A stretch of 64,000 nucleotides of DNA from assembly GCA_951406725.2 (NCBI GenBank), contig OX597826.1, forward strand, positions 63,922,001-63,986,000, read 5' to 3'. Positions within the stretch are counted from its first letter, which is position 1. Every line of letters begins with the position of its first letter. The translations under genes were made by a program, and so were the position numbers. This document shows, piece after piece, positions 63,716 through 64,000 of the stretch. This DNA is from Octopus vulgaris. Its lineage: Eukaryota. The notes under the pieces were generated by a model. The model was given only the letters and a program-made list of their open reading frames with translations. It had not been told where the DNA came from and did no database searches.

Positions 63716-64000
63716 TTGTTAAAAGTTCCCTGTCAATCCTGATCCATCAGATCAATGACCTTCCAGCTGCGATCATCTCATAATTTTCTTGGGAATTGTA
63801 AACGTAGGACTACATTGTCCTCTGAGTTCTCCCTTCTGATGGAAGATCAGGTGTGTCAAACATACAAACCAAAGTAGTGATTAATCTGATCCTCAACTCA
63901 ATTTTGTAAACAAAAATCTATTAAATATGTATTACCAGCATGCATTCAGAGTTATAATTTATATTCAACCCTTTAGCCATTTATTTTGGCCTACATTAAC

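Overview
Eukaryotic, AT-rich, repeat-dense animal DNA. The SINE, Helitron, MITE and microsatellite repertoire looks like an Octopus (coleoid cephalopod) genome; this is inferred from repeat character, not from a search. Reading splice sites by hand gives a five-coding-exon minus-strand gene (24340 to 1388, 586 aa, all phases compatible). It encodes a divergent N-terminal HMG box and a long Ser/acidic disordered tail with candidate PP1 (GILK + KVKF) and PP2A-B56 (LSGISE) docking motifs. The last coding exon of a CFAP97-like gene lies at 58946-59215 (-). Two symmetric phase-2 exons on + (53943-54023, 55631-55702) hint at a third, unrecognised transcript. The rest is transposon-derived: several SINE families, TTAA/piggyBac-type MITEs (one nested in another), modular non-autonomous Helitrons, Penelope-like pieces with a GIY-YIG fragment and hammerhead-ribozyme motifs, CR1/RTE/L1-like LINE fragments, Tc1/mariner/piggyBac relics and foldback palindromes. 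A CpG-retaining domain at about 30-41.5 kb probably marks the promoter/intergenic zone. No prokaryotic-type system, CRISPR array, rRNA or bona fide tRNA was seen. Repeat boundaries are approximate unless termini are quoted.
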